From Candidatus Omnitrophota bacterium (lineage in GTDB: Bacteria; Omnitrophota; Gorgyraeia; 1-14-0-20-64-10), in assembly GCA_023248155.1 (NCBI GenBank), contig JAHFFE010000002.1:124824-188823 (forward strand): a stretch of DNA of 64,000 bases, written 5' to 3'. The notes beneath the pieces are model-generated. The model made no database searches and was not told where the DNA came from. It saw nothing but the letters and a program-made list of their open reading frames with translations. Below, one piece after another: positions 22,500-32,064 of the stretch; the first letter of the stretch is position 1; every line of letters begins with the position of its first letter. A program made the translations under genes and the position numbers.

Positions 22500-24033
22500 A
22501 AAGATGAACGCGTTTTATCTGACCACACCGCTTTATTATGTGAATGCCAAGCCGCATTTGGGCCACGCCTATACGACGATCATCGCCGACTGTCTGGCGC
22601 GCGCGCACCGTCAGCGCGGCGAGCAGGTTTTTCTGCTGACGGGCACCGACGAGCATGGAGAAAAAATCGCGCAGGCCGCGCAGGCTCAGGGAATCACGCC
22701 CAAGGAATTTGTCGACAAAACTTCGGGGACATTCCATTCGCTTTGGCAGCAACTCGGTATTTCGTACGATCATTTCATCCGAACCACCGATGCCGATCAT
22801 ATCCATACCGTGCAGAAAATTCTTGAAACGCTGCGTCCGCAGCTGGAACTGGGCCGGTTTAAATTCTGGTATTGCGTGCCGTGTGAAACCAGTTTTGGTC
22901 TGACCGAAATTGAAACGGCCAAGGCCGTTTGTCCGCAGTGCCAGCGGCCGGTGCAGCAGACCGAAGAGGAAGATTATTATTTGCCACTCGAAAAACATCG
23001 CGCCTGGCTGAAAGAGTATATTCTAAAAAATCCGAAATTTATTCAGCCCGAGTCGCGCCGCAACGAAGTGATGGCGATGCTGGCGAATGAACTTCCGGCG
23101 CTTTGCATCACGCGGCCGAAAGAGCGGGTCAGCTGGGGCATTGAAGTGCCGTTCTCGACGACGCATGTGACCTATGTCTGGTTTGACGCGCTGCTCAATT
23201 ACATCAGCGCGCTGGGCTGGCCCGATGGCGAGAAATTCAAATTATTCTGGAAAGAAACCGGCGCCATCCATTTGGTCGGCAAAGATATTATCCGGCACCA
23301 TTGCCTTTACTGGCCGATCGTTTTGCATGCGCTGGGCATCGATCCGCCCAAAACAATTTTTGCGCATGGCTGGTGGCTGGTCAAAGGTGAGAAAATGTCC
23401 AAGTCTAAGGGGAATATCGTCGATCCGGGCGCCGTGGTTGATGCCTATGGTCTCGATGCGTTCCGTTATTTTCTGCTGCGCGATGTTCCGTTCGGCGACG
23501 ACGGTGTTTTTTCGGAAGAATCGTTCGTGAAGCGGATTAATTCCGATCTGTCCAATGACCTGGGCAACCTGGTTTACCGGACGCTGACGATGATCGAGAA
23601 ACATACCGGCGGAAAAATTCCGGCAGGGAAGCAGGACGCGCGAATGATGGAGCAGATTGCGCTGGCCGATGCGGGCACCTGGAAATATCTTCAGCAGGTC
23701 GCTCCGTCCGAGGCGCTGAAAACACTTTGGGAATTGATTCGCTGGGCCAACCAGCAGGTGGAAGAAAACGCACCTTGGACGCTGGCCAAAGAAGGCAAGC
23801 GGCAGGAACTCGAACAATTTTTGTATCAGCTGGCCGACACGGTCCGCGCGATCTTACTGCTGACCTGGCCGTTCATGCCGACGGCGGCTGAGTCGGCCTG
23901 GAAACAGTTGGGCATGAGTTCTGATTTGGCGGCTGAGCGATTGCCGGAAACGCTTTCGCGGCCGATTCCCATCGGACAAGCGATTGCAAAAGGTACGCCG
24001 CTTTTCCCCCGTATCCAACTTACTGCAGATTAG
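22492..24033 (+). CDS. metG: Methionyl-tRNA synthetase (short form)
   Basis: Class I motifs (..PLYYVNAKPHLGHAYTT.., KMSKSKGN) and a Zn knuckle (CVPCETS..CPQC). The true start may be the ATG at 22504. Confidence 0.9.
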   Translation: MDKKMNAFYLTTPLYYVNAKPHLGHAYTTIIADCLARAHRQRGEQVFLLTGTDEHGEKIAQAAQAQGITPKEFVDKTSGTFHSLWQQLGISYDHFIRTTDADHIHTVQKILETLRPQLELGRFKFWYCVPCETSFGLTEIETAKAVCPQCQRPVQQTEEEDYYLPLEKHRAWLKEYILKNPKFIQPESRRNEVMAMLANELPALCITRPKERVSWGIEVPFSTTHVTYVWFDALLNYISALGWPDGEKFKLFWKETGAIHLVGKDIIRHHCLYWPIVLHALGIDPPKTIFAHGWWLVKGEKMSKSKGNIVDPGAVVDAYGLDAFRYFLLRDVPFGDDGVFSEESFVKRINSDLSNDLGNLVYRTLTMIEKHTGGKIPAGKQDARMMEQIALADAGTWKYLQQVAPSEALKTLWELIRWANQQVEENAPWTLAKEGKRQELEQFLYQLADTVRAILLLTWPFMPTAAESAWKQLGMSSDLAAERLPETLSRPIPIGQAIAKGTPLFPRIQLTAD

Positions 24034-24857
24034 TGGGAATGCTTGATGGTGTAGTGGGTTTGTTCGTTGTAAAGCGCGGTGAGCTTGCCGTTTTTCTGCG
24101 CGCGTAAACAGGCTTCGGCGACGGCCGGATCGAAGTGGGTTCCGGCGCAGCGCTGAATTTCACGACAGGCGCGGTCCATATCGGTGCTCTCGCGGTAAGG
24201 GCGGTTTGAAACCATCGCGTCGAGCGCGTCGGCCACGGCGATGATGCGGGCTTCGAGACGGATCCGGTCGGCGCGCAGTCCCTGCGGGTAACCGCTTCCA
24301 TCCCACCGTTCATGTTCCTGATGGACCATCTCGGTGATATCTTTCATGAAGGTCAGCGGTTCCAAAATGCGCGCGCCCCAGATCGGATGCTGCTTGATGA
24401 CTTCGAACTCTTCCTTCGTCAGAGGACCTTTTTTCATTAAAATTGAGTCGGGAATGGCGATTTTTCCAAGGTCATGCAGCTCGCAGCCGTGCAGAAGACG
24501 GTCGATTTTTTCTTTGGAGAAACCCATCTCTTCACCGATGGAGCGGGCATAGGTGGCCACATTGTGCGAGTGGCCGAACAGGTAAGTATCTTTGGCGCTC
24601 ATCGCTTCAACCAGCGCGGTGACGGTTTCGAGGTAGGTGTCCTGTAAACGGCGGTGGGCCAGTTCCAGTTCGCGGGTTCGTTCGGCGACTTTCTCCTCGA
24701 GGCGGCGGTTCCATTCCAGAACCTGGCCCTTCATTTCTTCGAGTTGCTGCGCCTGGTCACGCGTCTGGCGCGTTAAATAGAAAATTAGAATAAGTGCGCC
24801 GATGCAGAGCGTGATTAGTGCAATTTGAGCCAATAGCCATCCCCAGGACATCGTCAT
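24030..24857 (-). CDS. HD-GYP domain c-di-GMP phosphodiesterase-like protein with N-terminal TM helix and coiled coil
   Basis: HD..HDLGK.. and GYP motifs (..HERWDGSGYPQGL..). Its 3' end overlaps the metG stop by 4 bp (convergent). Confidence 0.8.
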   Translation of the reverse strand: MTMSWGWLLAQIALITLCIGALILIFYLTRQTRDQAQQLEEMKGQVLEWNRRLEEKVAERTRELELAHRRLQDTYLETVTALVEAMSAKDTYLFGHSHNVATYARSIGEEMGFSKEKIDRLLHGCELHDLGKIAIPDSILMKKGPLTKEEFEVIKQHPIWGARILEPLTFMKDITEMVHQEHERWDGSGYPQGLRADRIRLEARIIAVADALDAMVSNRPYRESTDMDRACREIQRCAGTHFDPAVAEACLRAQKNGKLTALYNEQTHYTIKHSH

Positions 24858-24903
24858 TTGGTATCCTCCGTTACTGGAGCTTCCAGTAGTATACTATATA
24901 TTT

Positions 24904-26058
24904 ATGGAACTGATTTATCTGGATTACAACGCCACCGCCCCGGTTCATCCTGCAGTGCGTGAAAAGATCCGGCCGTATATGGAAGAAGCGTTCGGAAACG
25001 CTTCCAGCCTGCATGCGGCGGGCCGCAAAGCGCGCGTCGGTATAGAGGAAGCGCGCGCCCTGATTTTAAAACTGTTGAATGATCCGCGCGGAGAATTGGT
25101 GTTTACTTCGGGCGGCACGGAAGCGGGCAACCTTGCTTTACGCGGCGTGATGGAAAATTCCCGCGCCAAAGGGAATCACCTGATTATTTCCGCGGTCGAG
25201 CACAGCGCGGTATTGCAGCCGGCGCAGGCGCTTCAGCGCGAAGGGTATGAAGTGACTTTTCTTCCGGTGGACAAGCTGGGGCGCGTTGATCCCGAGGCGG
25301 TCCGCCGCGCGATTACGCCGCAAACCGTTTTGATCTCCATCATGCATGCCAATAATGAAGTGGGCACCATTCAGCCGATTGAAGCGATCGGCGCGATTGC
25401 CCGCGAGAAGGGCGTGTTGTTCCATACCGATGCCGTGCAGTCGTTCGGAAAAATTCCGGTTGATATGGCGAAGCTGCCGGTGGATATGGTTTCTTTGTCG
25501 GCGCACAAACTGGGCGGCCTGAAAGGAACCGGAGCGCTTTATTTGCGGCGCGGCCTTAAACTCAAACCGCAGATCGTCGGCGGGCCGCACGAGCATAATA
25601 TGCGCGCCGGCACCGAGAATGTGGTGGGAATCGTGGCGATGGGAGAAGCGGCCCGCATCAGCGTAGCGGAATTGAACGACGGCACTATTGCGCGCATCGG
25701 GACTTTACGCGACCGTCTGCAGCAGGAGCTGCTGTCGTCGATCAGCGATGCGGTTCTGAACGGAGATCCGGCGAATCGCGTGCCCGGCACGCTGCATTTA
25801 AGTTTTCTGGGATGCGAGGGCGAATCGCTGCTGATGGCGCTGGACATGGCCCGCATCGCCGTATCGACGGGGTCGGCCTGTTCGGCCGGATCGATGCAGC
25901 CGTCGCATGTGCTCAAGGCAATGGATGTTCAGAAAGACTGTTTGCAGGGAGCCATCCGGTTGTCGCTGGGATGGGGATCGACGCAGGCGCAGATTGACGA
26001 AGCGCTGCTGCGGATTCCTCCGGTGATTGCCCAGATGCGTAAGACCCCGAAAGCGTAA
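24904..26058 (+). CDS. iscS: Cysteine desulfurase (IscS/NifS family, class V aminotransferase)
   Basis: N-terminal LDYNATAP.., PLP-lysine region SLSAHKLGGLKGTGALYL, C-terminal STGSACS active-Cys loop. Confidence 0.85.
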   Translation: MELIYLDYNATAPVHPAVREKIRPYMEEAFGNASSLHAAGRKARVGIEEARALILKLLNDPRGELVFTSGGTEAGNLALRGVMENSRAKGNHLIISAVEHSAVLQPAQALQREGYEVTFLPVDKLGRVDPEAVRRAITPQTVLISIMHANNEVGTIQPIEAIGAIAREKGVLFHTDAVQSFGKIPVDMAKLPVDMVSLSAHKLGGLKGTGALYLRRGLKLKPQIVGGPHEHNMRAGTENVVGIVAMGEAARISVAELNDGTIARIGTLRDRLQQELLSSISDAVLNGDPANRVPGTLHLSFLGCEGESLLMALDMARIAVSTGSACSAGSMQPSHVLKAMDVQKDCLQGAIRLSLGWGSTQAQIDEALLRIPPVIAQMRKTPKA

Positions 26059-26060
26059 CC

Positions 26061-27512
26061 GTGACCACCGCTGGAATTGTTGATACGCACTGCCATCTGC
26101 ACCGCGCCGAATTTGATGCCGACCGCGACGCGATCCTTGCGCGCGCGCGCCAAATCGGTTTGACCGCGCTGATTGATCCGGCCACCGATGTCGCTTCAAG
26201 CCGGATTGTTGCGCAGACCGTCCAAAAATATCCCGAACTGTACGGCGCCGTCGGCGTTCATCCGCAAGACACGGCCGGTTTGACCGACGAAGGCCTGGAA
26301 GAGCTACGCAAGCTGGCGACGGCTCCGAAAATTGTGGCGATCGGCGAGATCGGTCTTGATTATTACCGTGAATCGACGCCCCGTGCTGTTCAACAGCAGG
26401 CGCTGCGCCGTTTATTGGCGCTTGCGCAAGAAACCAACAAACCGATTATTCTGCATTGCCGTCAGGAAGAGAGCGGCGGACTGGCCGGCCAGGGCGGGCA
26501 GGCGTATCAGGATCTCTTTTTAATTTTGCGCGAATGCATGAAGCCGCCGGTGCGCGGTGTTTTGCACTGTTTTTCAGGTGATCTCGAAGCGGCCAATGAG
26601 GCGATCGGCCTGGGTCTTTATTTATCGTTCGCCGGTATTTTAACTTTCACTAAAGCCGAAGCGCTGCGCGCGGTGGCCCGGCAGGTTCCATTCGACCGTG
26701 TGATGCTGGAAACCGACGCGCCGTTTTTATCGCCCCAGCCGTACCGCGGAAAACGGAATGAACCGGCTTTTCTCGACGCGCTGATTAAAACCTGGGCGGA
26801 AATCAAAGATTTGTCGGAAGAGGATGTCCGCCGCGTGACCTCGGTGAATGCGTATCAGTTGTTCGGTGTCGGCCAGGCCCCCGTGCGCGGGCGCGTGGCG
26901 TATGCGATCCGCGATTCGCTCTACATCAATCTGACGAATGCCTGTACCGACCGCTGTGTTTTTTGCGCGCTCAGCGACGATCAGTTCTGGAAAGGCGAGG
27001 GAACTTCACCGTTTGTGAAGGGGCATCATCTGCGAATGGCCAAAGATCCGTCGGTCGAGGAAGTTCTGTCCGCCGCGGGAGATCCATCTCAGTATAAAGA
27101 AATTGTTTTTTGCGGATACGGCGAACCGGTGATCCGGTTGAAAGAACTGCGCGAGATCGCGCTGCGCCTGCGTGAAAAAGGGGCGAAGTCGATCCGGATC
27201 AATACCAACGGGCACGGCAACTTAATTCATAAACGGCCGGTGGCCGGTGAGTTGAAGGGGATCGTCGACGAAATATCAGTCAGCTTAAATACACCGAACG
27301 CAGAACAATATCTGGAAATCTGCCGGCCGTCGTTCGGCCTGCCGGCCTATGAATCGATCAAACAGTTTATCCGCGACTGCCGCGACGCGGGGATCCGCGT
27401 GGTGGCGACTGTGGTGGCGATGCCCGGCGTTGATGTCGAGGCCTGCCGAAAAGTGGCTGAAGAGGAGTTGAAAGTGATTTATCGCGTGCGGGGTTACGAC
27501 GATGTGGGATAA
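26061..27512 (+). CDS. Fusion protein: TatD-family metal-dependent hydrolase (N-terminal ~265 aa) plus TatD-associated radical SAM domain (C-terminal ~215 aa)
   Basis: TatD motifs at the N-terminus (VDTHCHL.., ..GEIGLDYY.., ..LETDAPFL..). CX3CX2C radical-SAM cluster motif NACTDRCVFC at about aa 293. One continuous 483-aa ORF. Confidence 0.7.
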   Translation: MTTAGIVDTHCHLHRAEFDADRDAILARARQIGLTALIDPATDVASSRIVAQTVQKYPELYGAVGVHPQDTAGLTDEGLEELRKLATAPKIVAIGEIGLDYYRESTPRAVQQQALRRLLALAQETNKPIILHCRQEESGGLAGQGGQAYQDLFLILRECMKPPVRGVLHCFSGDLEAANEAIGLGLYLSFAGILTFTKAEALRAVARQVPFDRVMLETDAPFLSPQPYRGKRNEPAFLDALIKTWAEIKDLSEEDVRRVTSVNAYQLFGVGQAPVRGRVAYAIRDSLYINLTNACTDRCVFCALSDDQFWKGEGTSPFVKGHHLRMAKDPSVEEVLSAAGDPSQYKEIVFCGYGEPVIRLKELREIALRLREKGAKSIRINTNGHGNLIHKRPVAGELKGIVDEISVSLNTPNAEQYLEICRPSFGLPAYESIKQFIRDCRDAGIRVVATVVAMPGVDVEACRKVAEEELKVIYRVRGYDDVG

Positions 27513-28527
27513 GCCGGTCGACCGTTTCTTGCTGGCCGCCGTGGTCGTGCTTTCGCTGGCATCGGTGGTTTCTCCGCGCCGTGCGCATCGTCCGGAACTG
27601 TTGCTGTCGAATGAAACAACGGTAGAGCAGAAAATGCCGGTAGAGATGAGCCAGAAGGCGGTTGAAGCAAAACTGCGCGACAACCCCGTACTGCGCGCCC
27701 GGTTTGAGCAGGCGTCGACGGTTAGTTTTGTTTTCATGTTTTTATCGCTCTTTTATTTCATGCAGTTGTTTGCAGCGCTCATTTTTAAGCGGTTGGTTTT
27801 GAAAAAGACGCCGCCGGCTGAACTGGATGACGGGTTTTTGGTGGTGTTCCGCGCGGTGGCCGGATCGTTGACGGTGCTGCTGTCATTCCCGTGGATAGCG
27901 GCCGCGATTCACCGGCTGTTTCCCGCAGCGTGGTTGCCGCAAGGCCGCGTTGAATCGATTCTGATGACGCTCTGCGTGAATGCGTTTTTGTTTTTGCTGC
28001 TGGCCTGGAGGTTCTGGGGAGCCGCACTGCTTCCTCCAATGGAAAAAGAATGGAAGCGCCATCTTCTGGCGGTCGTGACGGCGGTTCGATGGTACCTGGC
28101 ATTGGTTCCGGTTTTATTTGCGGTGATTATCCTGTCGGTGCTGGCGTTTCGCGCGGCCGGCATTGAAGGGCCCAGTCAGGAAATTTTTCAGATTTATCTT
28201 TCGGAAGGCCGCGGACCGATTTTGGGACTGTTGAATATTTTAATCGTGGTGGTGGGACCGGTTACGGAAGAATTGTTTTTCCGGGGAGCGCTTTACCGGT
28301 CGCTGAAACCGCGCGCCGGAATCCGCGGAGCGTTGATTCTATCGGCGGCGTTATTTGCGGCGCTGCATATGGACTTGGTCGCATTCGTCCCGATTTTCAC
28401 GCTGGGATTGTTGTTCGGCTGGGTTTACGAGCAGACCGGATCGCTGGCGGCCCCGATTACCATTCATTTGCTGCATAACGGGTTCATGCTTTATTTCGCG
28501 TCGCTGGTCAAGGAACTCCTTTCATGA
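27502..28527 (+). CDS. CPBP-family (CAAX/Abi) intramembrane metalloprotease
   Basis: Multi-TM protein with conserved EELFFRG and ..FAALHMD motifs. Confidence 0.75.
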   Translation: MWDKPVDRFLLAAVVVLSLASVVSPRRAHRPELLLSNETTVEQKMPVEMSQKAVEAKLRDNPVLRARFEQASTVSFVFMFLSLFYFMQLFAALIFKRLVLKKTPPAELDDGFLVVFRAVAGSLTVLLSFPWIAAAIHRLFPAAWLPQGRVESILMTLCVNAFLFLLLAWRFWGAALLPPMEKEWKRHLLAVVTAVRWYLALVPVLFAVIILSVLAFRAAGIEGPSQEIFQIYLSEGRGPILGLLNILIVVVGPVTEELFFRGALYRSLKPRAGIRGALILSAALFAALHMDLVAFVPIFTLGLLFGWVYEQTGSLAAPITIHLLHNGFMLYFASLVKELLS

Positions 28528-28540
28528 TGGCGTTTTTTTC

Positions 28541-28830
28541 GAGTCGGCTCGGGCATGGGAGCCGTGGACACGCTCGGAATCGACTACCGATTCCGTCGCT
28601 CTGTCTGCGGCCTTGCCGAAGAACAATTCGATTCGGCCTTCGCCAAGGTCCACTGGCCCCATATCCCGAACCGCCTCTTATCACGCAGGCGCTTCGGGTG
28701 ACGCGGGCGGGAGAGGCCTTCGCCGCCACGCGCGCAGCGAAGCGAGCACGGACGGCGGAGAGTGTCCCCGAGCGGCAGGACCCGAAGCGACGGAGATTGA
28801 TGATATCCCGGGCCGACTCGTTGGTAACAG
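28541..28830. repeat. Copy 1 of a ~290-bp structured intergenic repeat element with imperfect terminal inverted repeats (MITE-like or structured-RNA-like)
   Basis: A ~245-bp core (28556-28800) is ~97% identical to 62291-62531. Flanks are inverted (gagtcggctcggg ... cccgggccgactc). Internal hairpins include cggaatcg-actac-cgattccg, ccgtcgct...agcgacgg and cgcttcg..cgaagcg. The overlapping ORFs 28524..28862 and 28508..28837 are spurious. Confidence 0.8.
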
Positions 28831-28858
28831 GATCCAAAGTGGCCGCGAGGGTTCTCGC

Positions 28859-29779
28859 GTGAAGGTGGCGGAGTTGGGCGAGGACCGGCTGATCGCGAAA
28901 ATTTCCCGGCAGCTGCCGGCGGGCGCTTTCGTGAAGCGCGGCGTCGGCGACGATTGCGCGGTGTTTCGCATCGACGCGCGGCGCGACGGACTTTTAGCGT
29001 CGGACATGCTGGTGGAGGGTGTTCATTTTTCTTCGCAGAGTCCGGCTGAGCAGGTGGGCTGGAAACTGCTGGCTGTAAATCTCAGCGATATCGCCGCGAT
29101 GGGCGGAACGCCGCGGGCCGCCGTTGTTTCCATCGGGATTCCGCCTTCGACGCCGGTTGGTTGGGTGGAAAAACTTTATCGCGGATTGGGGCGATGCGCG
29201 CGCGCCTATGGCGTCAGCATTGTCGGCGGAGATACGGTGCGTGCGCCCCAGCGTGTGGCTGACCTTTCAATTTTGGGCGAGGTGCCTGCCGGAAAAGCAA
29301 TTTTGCGGACCGGCGCCAGGCCCGGCGACTGGATTTTGGTAACGGGCCGTCTGGGCGGGTCATTGAAATCGGGACGGCATTTGTCGTTTAAGCCGCGGCT
29401 GAAAGAGGCTGCCGCATTGCTGAAGCATTGCCGGCCGACGGCGATGATGGATCTGTCCGACGGATTATGGATTGATCTGCCGCGGCTTTGCAAGGCCAGC
29501 GGTGTTCGCGCCGAGGTGGAAACCGAATTGGTTCCACGAAACCGGAACTGTTCCACGCTTCAGGCGTTAACGGACGGCGAAGATTTTGAACTGTTATTGA
29601 CGGTTCGCCCCGGACATCTGCGTCCGCTGTTGCGCTGGGCCAAACGTTCGCTGCCGTGCGGCTTGACGCCGATCGGGTTGATGAGTGCCCGCAAGCAGGG
29701 AACGCCGGAAGTGGAATGGTTTGACCGGATGAATCAGAAATTAAAAATGACCCCAAAAGGATTCCAACATTTTTCATGA
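28859..29779 (+). CDS. thiL: Thiamine-monophosphate kinase
   Basis: AIR-synthase-related fold (..GDDCAVF.., ..LLAVNLSDIAAMGG.., ..VSIVGGDT..). Start assigned to GTG 28859 (VKVAELGEDRLIAKI..). The longer annotated ORF from 28355 reads through the repeat and is probably an artefact. Confidence 0.75.
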   Translation: MKVAELGEDRLIAKISRQLPAGAFVKRGVGDDCAVFRIDARRDGLLASDMLVEGVHFSSQSPAEQVGWKLLAVNLSDIAAMGGTPRAAVVSIGIPPSTPVGWVEKLYRGLGRCARAYGVSIVGGDTVRAPQRVADLSILGEVPAGKAILRTGARPGDWILVTGRLGGSLKSGRHLSFKPRLKEAAALLKHCRPTAMMDLSDGLWIDLPRLCKASGVRAEVETELVPRNRNCSTLQALTDGEDFELLLTVRPGHLRPLLRWAKRSLPCGLTPIGLMSARKQGTPEVEWFDRMNQKLKMTPKGFQHFS

Positions 29780-30234
29780 GCGGCATATTGGAAGTGATAA
29801 CCCGTTTTCCGGAAGAAACGCAGGCATTGGCCGAGCGGTTTTCGGCCCAGTTAAAAGGCAACGAAGTGATTGCGCTGGCCGGAGAGATGGGCGCAGGAAA
29901 AACACAGTTTGTGCATGGTCTGGCGCGCGGACTGCAGGTTCCCGACGGATCGGTGGCCAGCCCTTCGTTTGTTCTGATTCGCGAATACCGCGGCCGCTTG
30001 ACGATTCATCATTCCGATCTGTTCCGCCTCGAAGGGCTTCCCGAAACGGTCAATGTGGGTCTGGAAGAATTTTATGAAGACGGCGGCGTGACCGTGATTG
30101 AGTGGGCCAATAAAATTCCGGGCATTTTACCCGAACAGTATCTGGAAATCCGTTTTGAAGTGGTCGATCCCGAAACCCGTAAACTGTTGCTGGTTCCGCA
30201 CGGGAAACGATACGAGGCGCTGCGATGGCAATAA
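29776..30234 (+). CDS. tsaE: tRNA threonylcarbamoyladenosine biosynthesis ATPase TsaE
   Basis: P-loop LAGEMGAGKTQFV. Length 152 aa. Directly upstream of tsaB. Confidence 0.85.
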   Translation: MSGILEVITRFPEETQALAERFSAQLKGNEVIALAGEMGAGKTQFVHGLARGLQVPDGSVASPSFVLIREYRGRLTIHHSDLFRLEGLPETVNVGLEEFYEDGGVTVIEWANKIPGILPEQYLEIRFEVVDPETRKLLLVPHGKRYEALRWQ

Positions 30235-30911
30235 ATTTATTGGGCATTGAAACATCGTCGCCTATTTTTTCAGCAGCCGTTACCTCGGGACCCGATCTGC
30301 GCTCTTATTTGCAGGTGGAAGGATTGGGCCGTCCATCGGGGCTGTTGACCGATTTGATCGCGCATGCATTGGAGAAAGCGGAGTTGACACTGGAACGGAT
30401 CGACGCGATTGCGCTGTCGATCGGCCCCGGTTCTTTTACCGGCCTGCGCGTCGGGACAGTGACCGCGAAAACGATGGGCTGGGCTTTAAAGATTCCGGTG
30501 GTTCCGGTTTCATCGCTGGAAGTGGCCGCGCAAAATCTGGCAGGCATTAAGAAAGAACTGCATCTGATGGTTGACGCGCGCCGCGGCAATGTTTATTATG
30601 CCCGTTTTGGTCCGGGACCCGACGGAGTGACGCGGCTGGAGCCCGATCAGCGGCTGAAGCCGGAAGAGGCGCTTCAAAAAATAAATCCCGATTCATTTAT
30701 GATGGGTGACGCGCTTGATAAATACGCCGACTTGATCCGGTCCGCCGGACTGGACCGGTGCGAGCCGGTCCCTCCGTTTGCGTGGGTTCCGCGCGCCGAC
30801 CATCTCTGCCGCATCGCGCAAAGGCGCTGGCCCGAAGGCCAGGTGACCGATTGGCACCGGATCCAACCGAATTATCTCTATTCACAAGAGCTTAATATTG
30901 CCGCAAAATAG
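30225..30911 (+). CDS. tsaB: tRNA threonylcarbamoyladenosine biosynthesis protein TsaB (YeaZ family)
   Basis: ASKHA-fold N-terminus (LGIETSS..). Length 228 aa. Paired with tsaE. Confidence 0.8.
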   Translation: MAINLLGIETSSPIFSAAVTSGPDLRSYLQVEGLGRPSGLLTDLIAHALEKAELTLERIDAIALSIGPGSFTGLRVGTVTAKTMGWALKIPVVPVSSLEVAAQNLAGIKKELHLMVDARRGNVYYARFGPGPDGVTRLEPDQRLKPEEALQKINPDSFMMGDALDKYADLIRSAGLDRCEPVPPFAWVPRADHLCRIAQRRWPEGQVTDWHRIQPNYLYSQELNIAAK

Positions 30912-32064
30912 AACCATGGACAGACCCACCGAAAACCTCACGGGCGCCATGGCGCCTCCGGTCTGGATCGAGACTGATTGTTCGGCGATCGTGCACAATT
31001 TCAAACAGATCCGCCGATGGGTCAGCCCCGGCGTTAAAATTCTGACGGTCGTTAAAGCCAACGCCTATGGGCATGGAATTTTACCGGTTTCCCGCGCATT
31101 GGTTGAGGCCGGCGCCGATCTGCTCGCCGTGGCGAGCGTCGTCGAAGGGGTCACGCTGCGCCAGGCCGGCATTGCCGGAAAAATTCTGGTGCTTGGCCAG
31201 TTGCTGCCCGACGAAGCGCCGCTGGTGGTTCATTATGATTTAACGCAGGCGCTCGGCGATGAACAAAGCGCGCGCGCATTAAGCGCTGCCGCCGTCCGAT
31301 TTCAAAAAACGGTTGCGATCCATCTGAAAATCGATACCGGCATGGGCCGTTACGGTGTCTGGCATGAAGAAGCGATGCCGTTGCTGGAACGGCTGACCGA
31401 TCTTCCGGGATTAAAGCGGGAAGGTGTTTTTACGCACTTCAGCAGTGCCGGCCAGAGCGTGCAGGTTTCCGAGGAACAGATGGCACGATACAACCGGTTG
31501 TTGGAACGAATGGCGCAGCGGCATTACGCGCCGGGACTTCGGCATTTGGCCAACAGCGTGGGGTTGATCCGTTTTCCGGAATCGCACTGGGATCTGGTCC
31601 GCACAGGCCTTCTGCTGTATGGAGCCTCTCCGGTCAAAGAAAATCAGCCGTTTATGCTGGAACCGGCGCTGACGTTAAAAAGCAGGATCCGTTTCATTAA
31701 ACTAATTCAGACCGGACAAACGGTCAGCTACGGAGGCACTTTTAAAGCCGAGAGGCCGACGGCCGTGGCGACGATCCCCGTCGGTTACGCGCATGGGTAT
31801 CCGCGCACACTTTCCAACAAGGCCGAACTGCTGGTGCGCGGCCGGCGCGTTCGGGTGATTGGGAAAATCACCATGGAAGATCTGATGATTGATGTGACGG
31901 AAGTTCCCGAAGCGGCGATTGGTGATGAAGTGGTCTTGATCGGCCGGCAGGGGAATGAACGGATTACCGCCGAAGAACTGGCCATGCATGCGCGCACGAT
32001 CCCGTACGAAATTCTCGTCGGACTTTCAGCGAACATTCCCCGTTTATCGGCAGGCGCCGCGTGA
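30898..32064 (+). CDS. alr: Alanine racemase
   Basis: PLP-lysine motif VVKANAYGHG. Length 388 aa. Confidence 0.85.
   Translation: MPQNRTMDRPTENLTGAMAPPVWIETDCSAIVHNFKQIRRWVSPGVKILTVVKANAYGHGILPVSRALVEAGADLLAVASVVEGVTLRQAGIAGKILVLGQLLPDEAPLVVHYDLTQALGDEQSARALSAAAVRFQKTVAIHLKIDTGMGRYGVWHEEAMPLLERLTDLPGLKREGVFTHFSSAGQSVQVSEEQMARYNRLLERMAQRHYAPGLRHLANSVGLIRFPESHWDLVRTGLLLYGASPVKENQPFMLEPALTLKSRIRFIKLIQTGQTVSYGGTFKAERPTAVATIPVGYAHGYPRTLSNKAELLVRGRRVRVIGKITMEDLMIDVTEVPEAAIGDEVVLIGRQGNERITAEELAMHARTIPYEILVGLSANIPRLSAGAA

Noticed and set aside
28355-28862. N-terminal 168 codons of the annotated 474-aa ORF 28355..29779, plus overlapping ORFs 28524..28862 (+) and 28508..28837 (-)
   Set aside because: These read across the 290-bp repeat element. 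Their composition is Arg/Ala/Ser/Pro-rich, typical of GC-rich non-coding DNA, and the same 'proteins' reappear at copy 2. The thiL homology begins only at about 28859.
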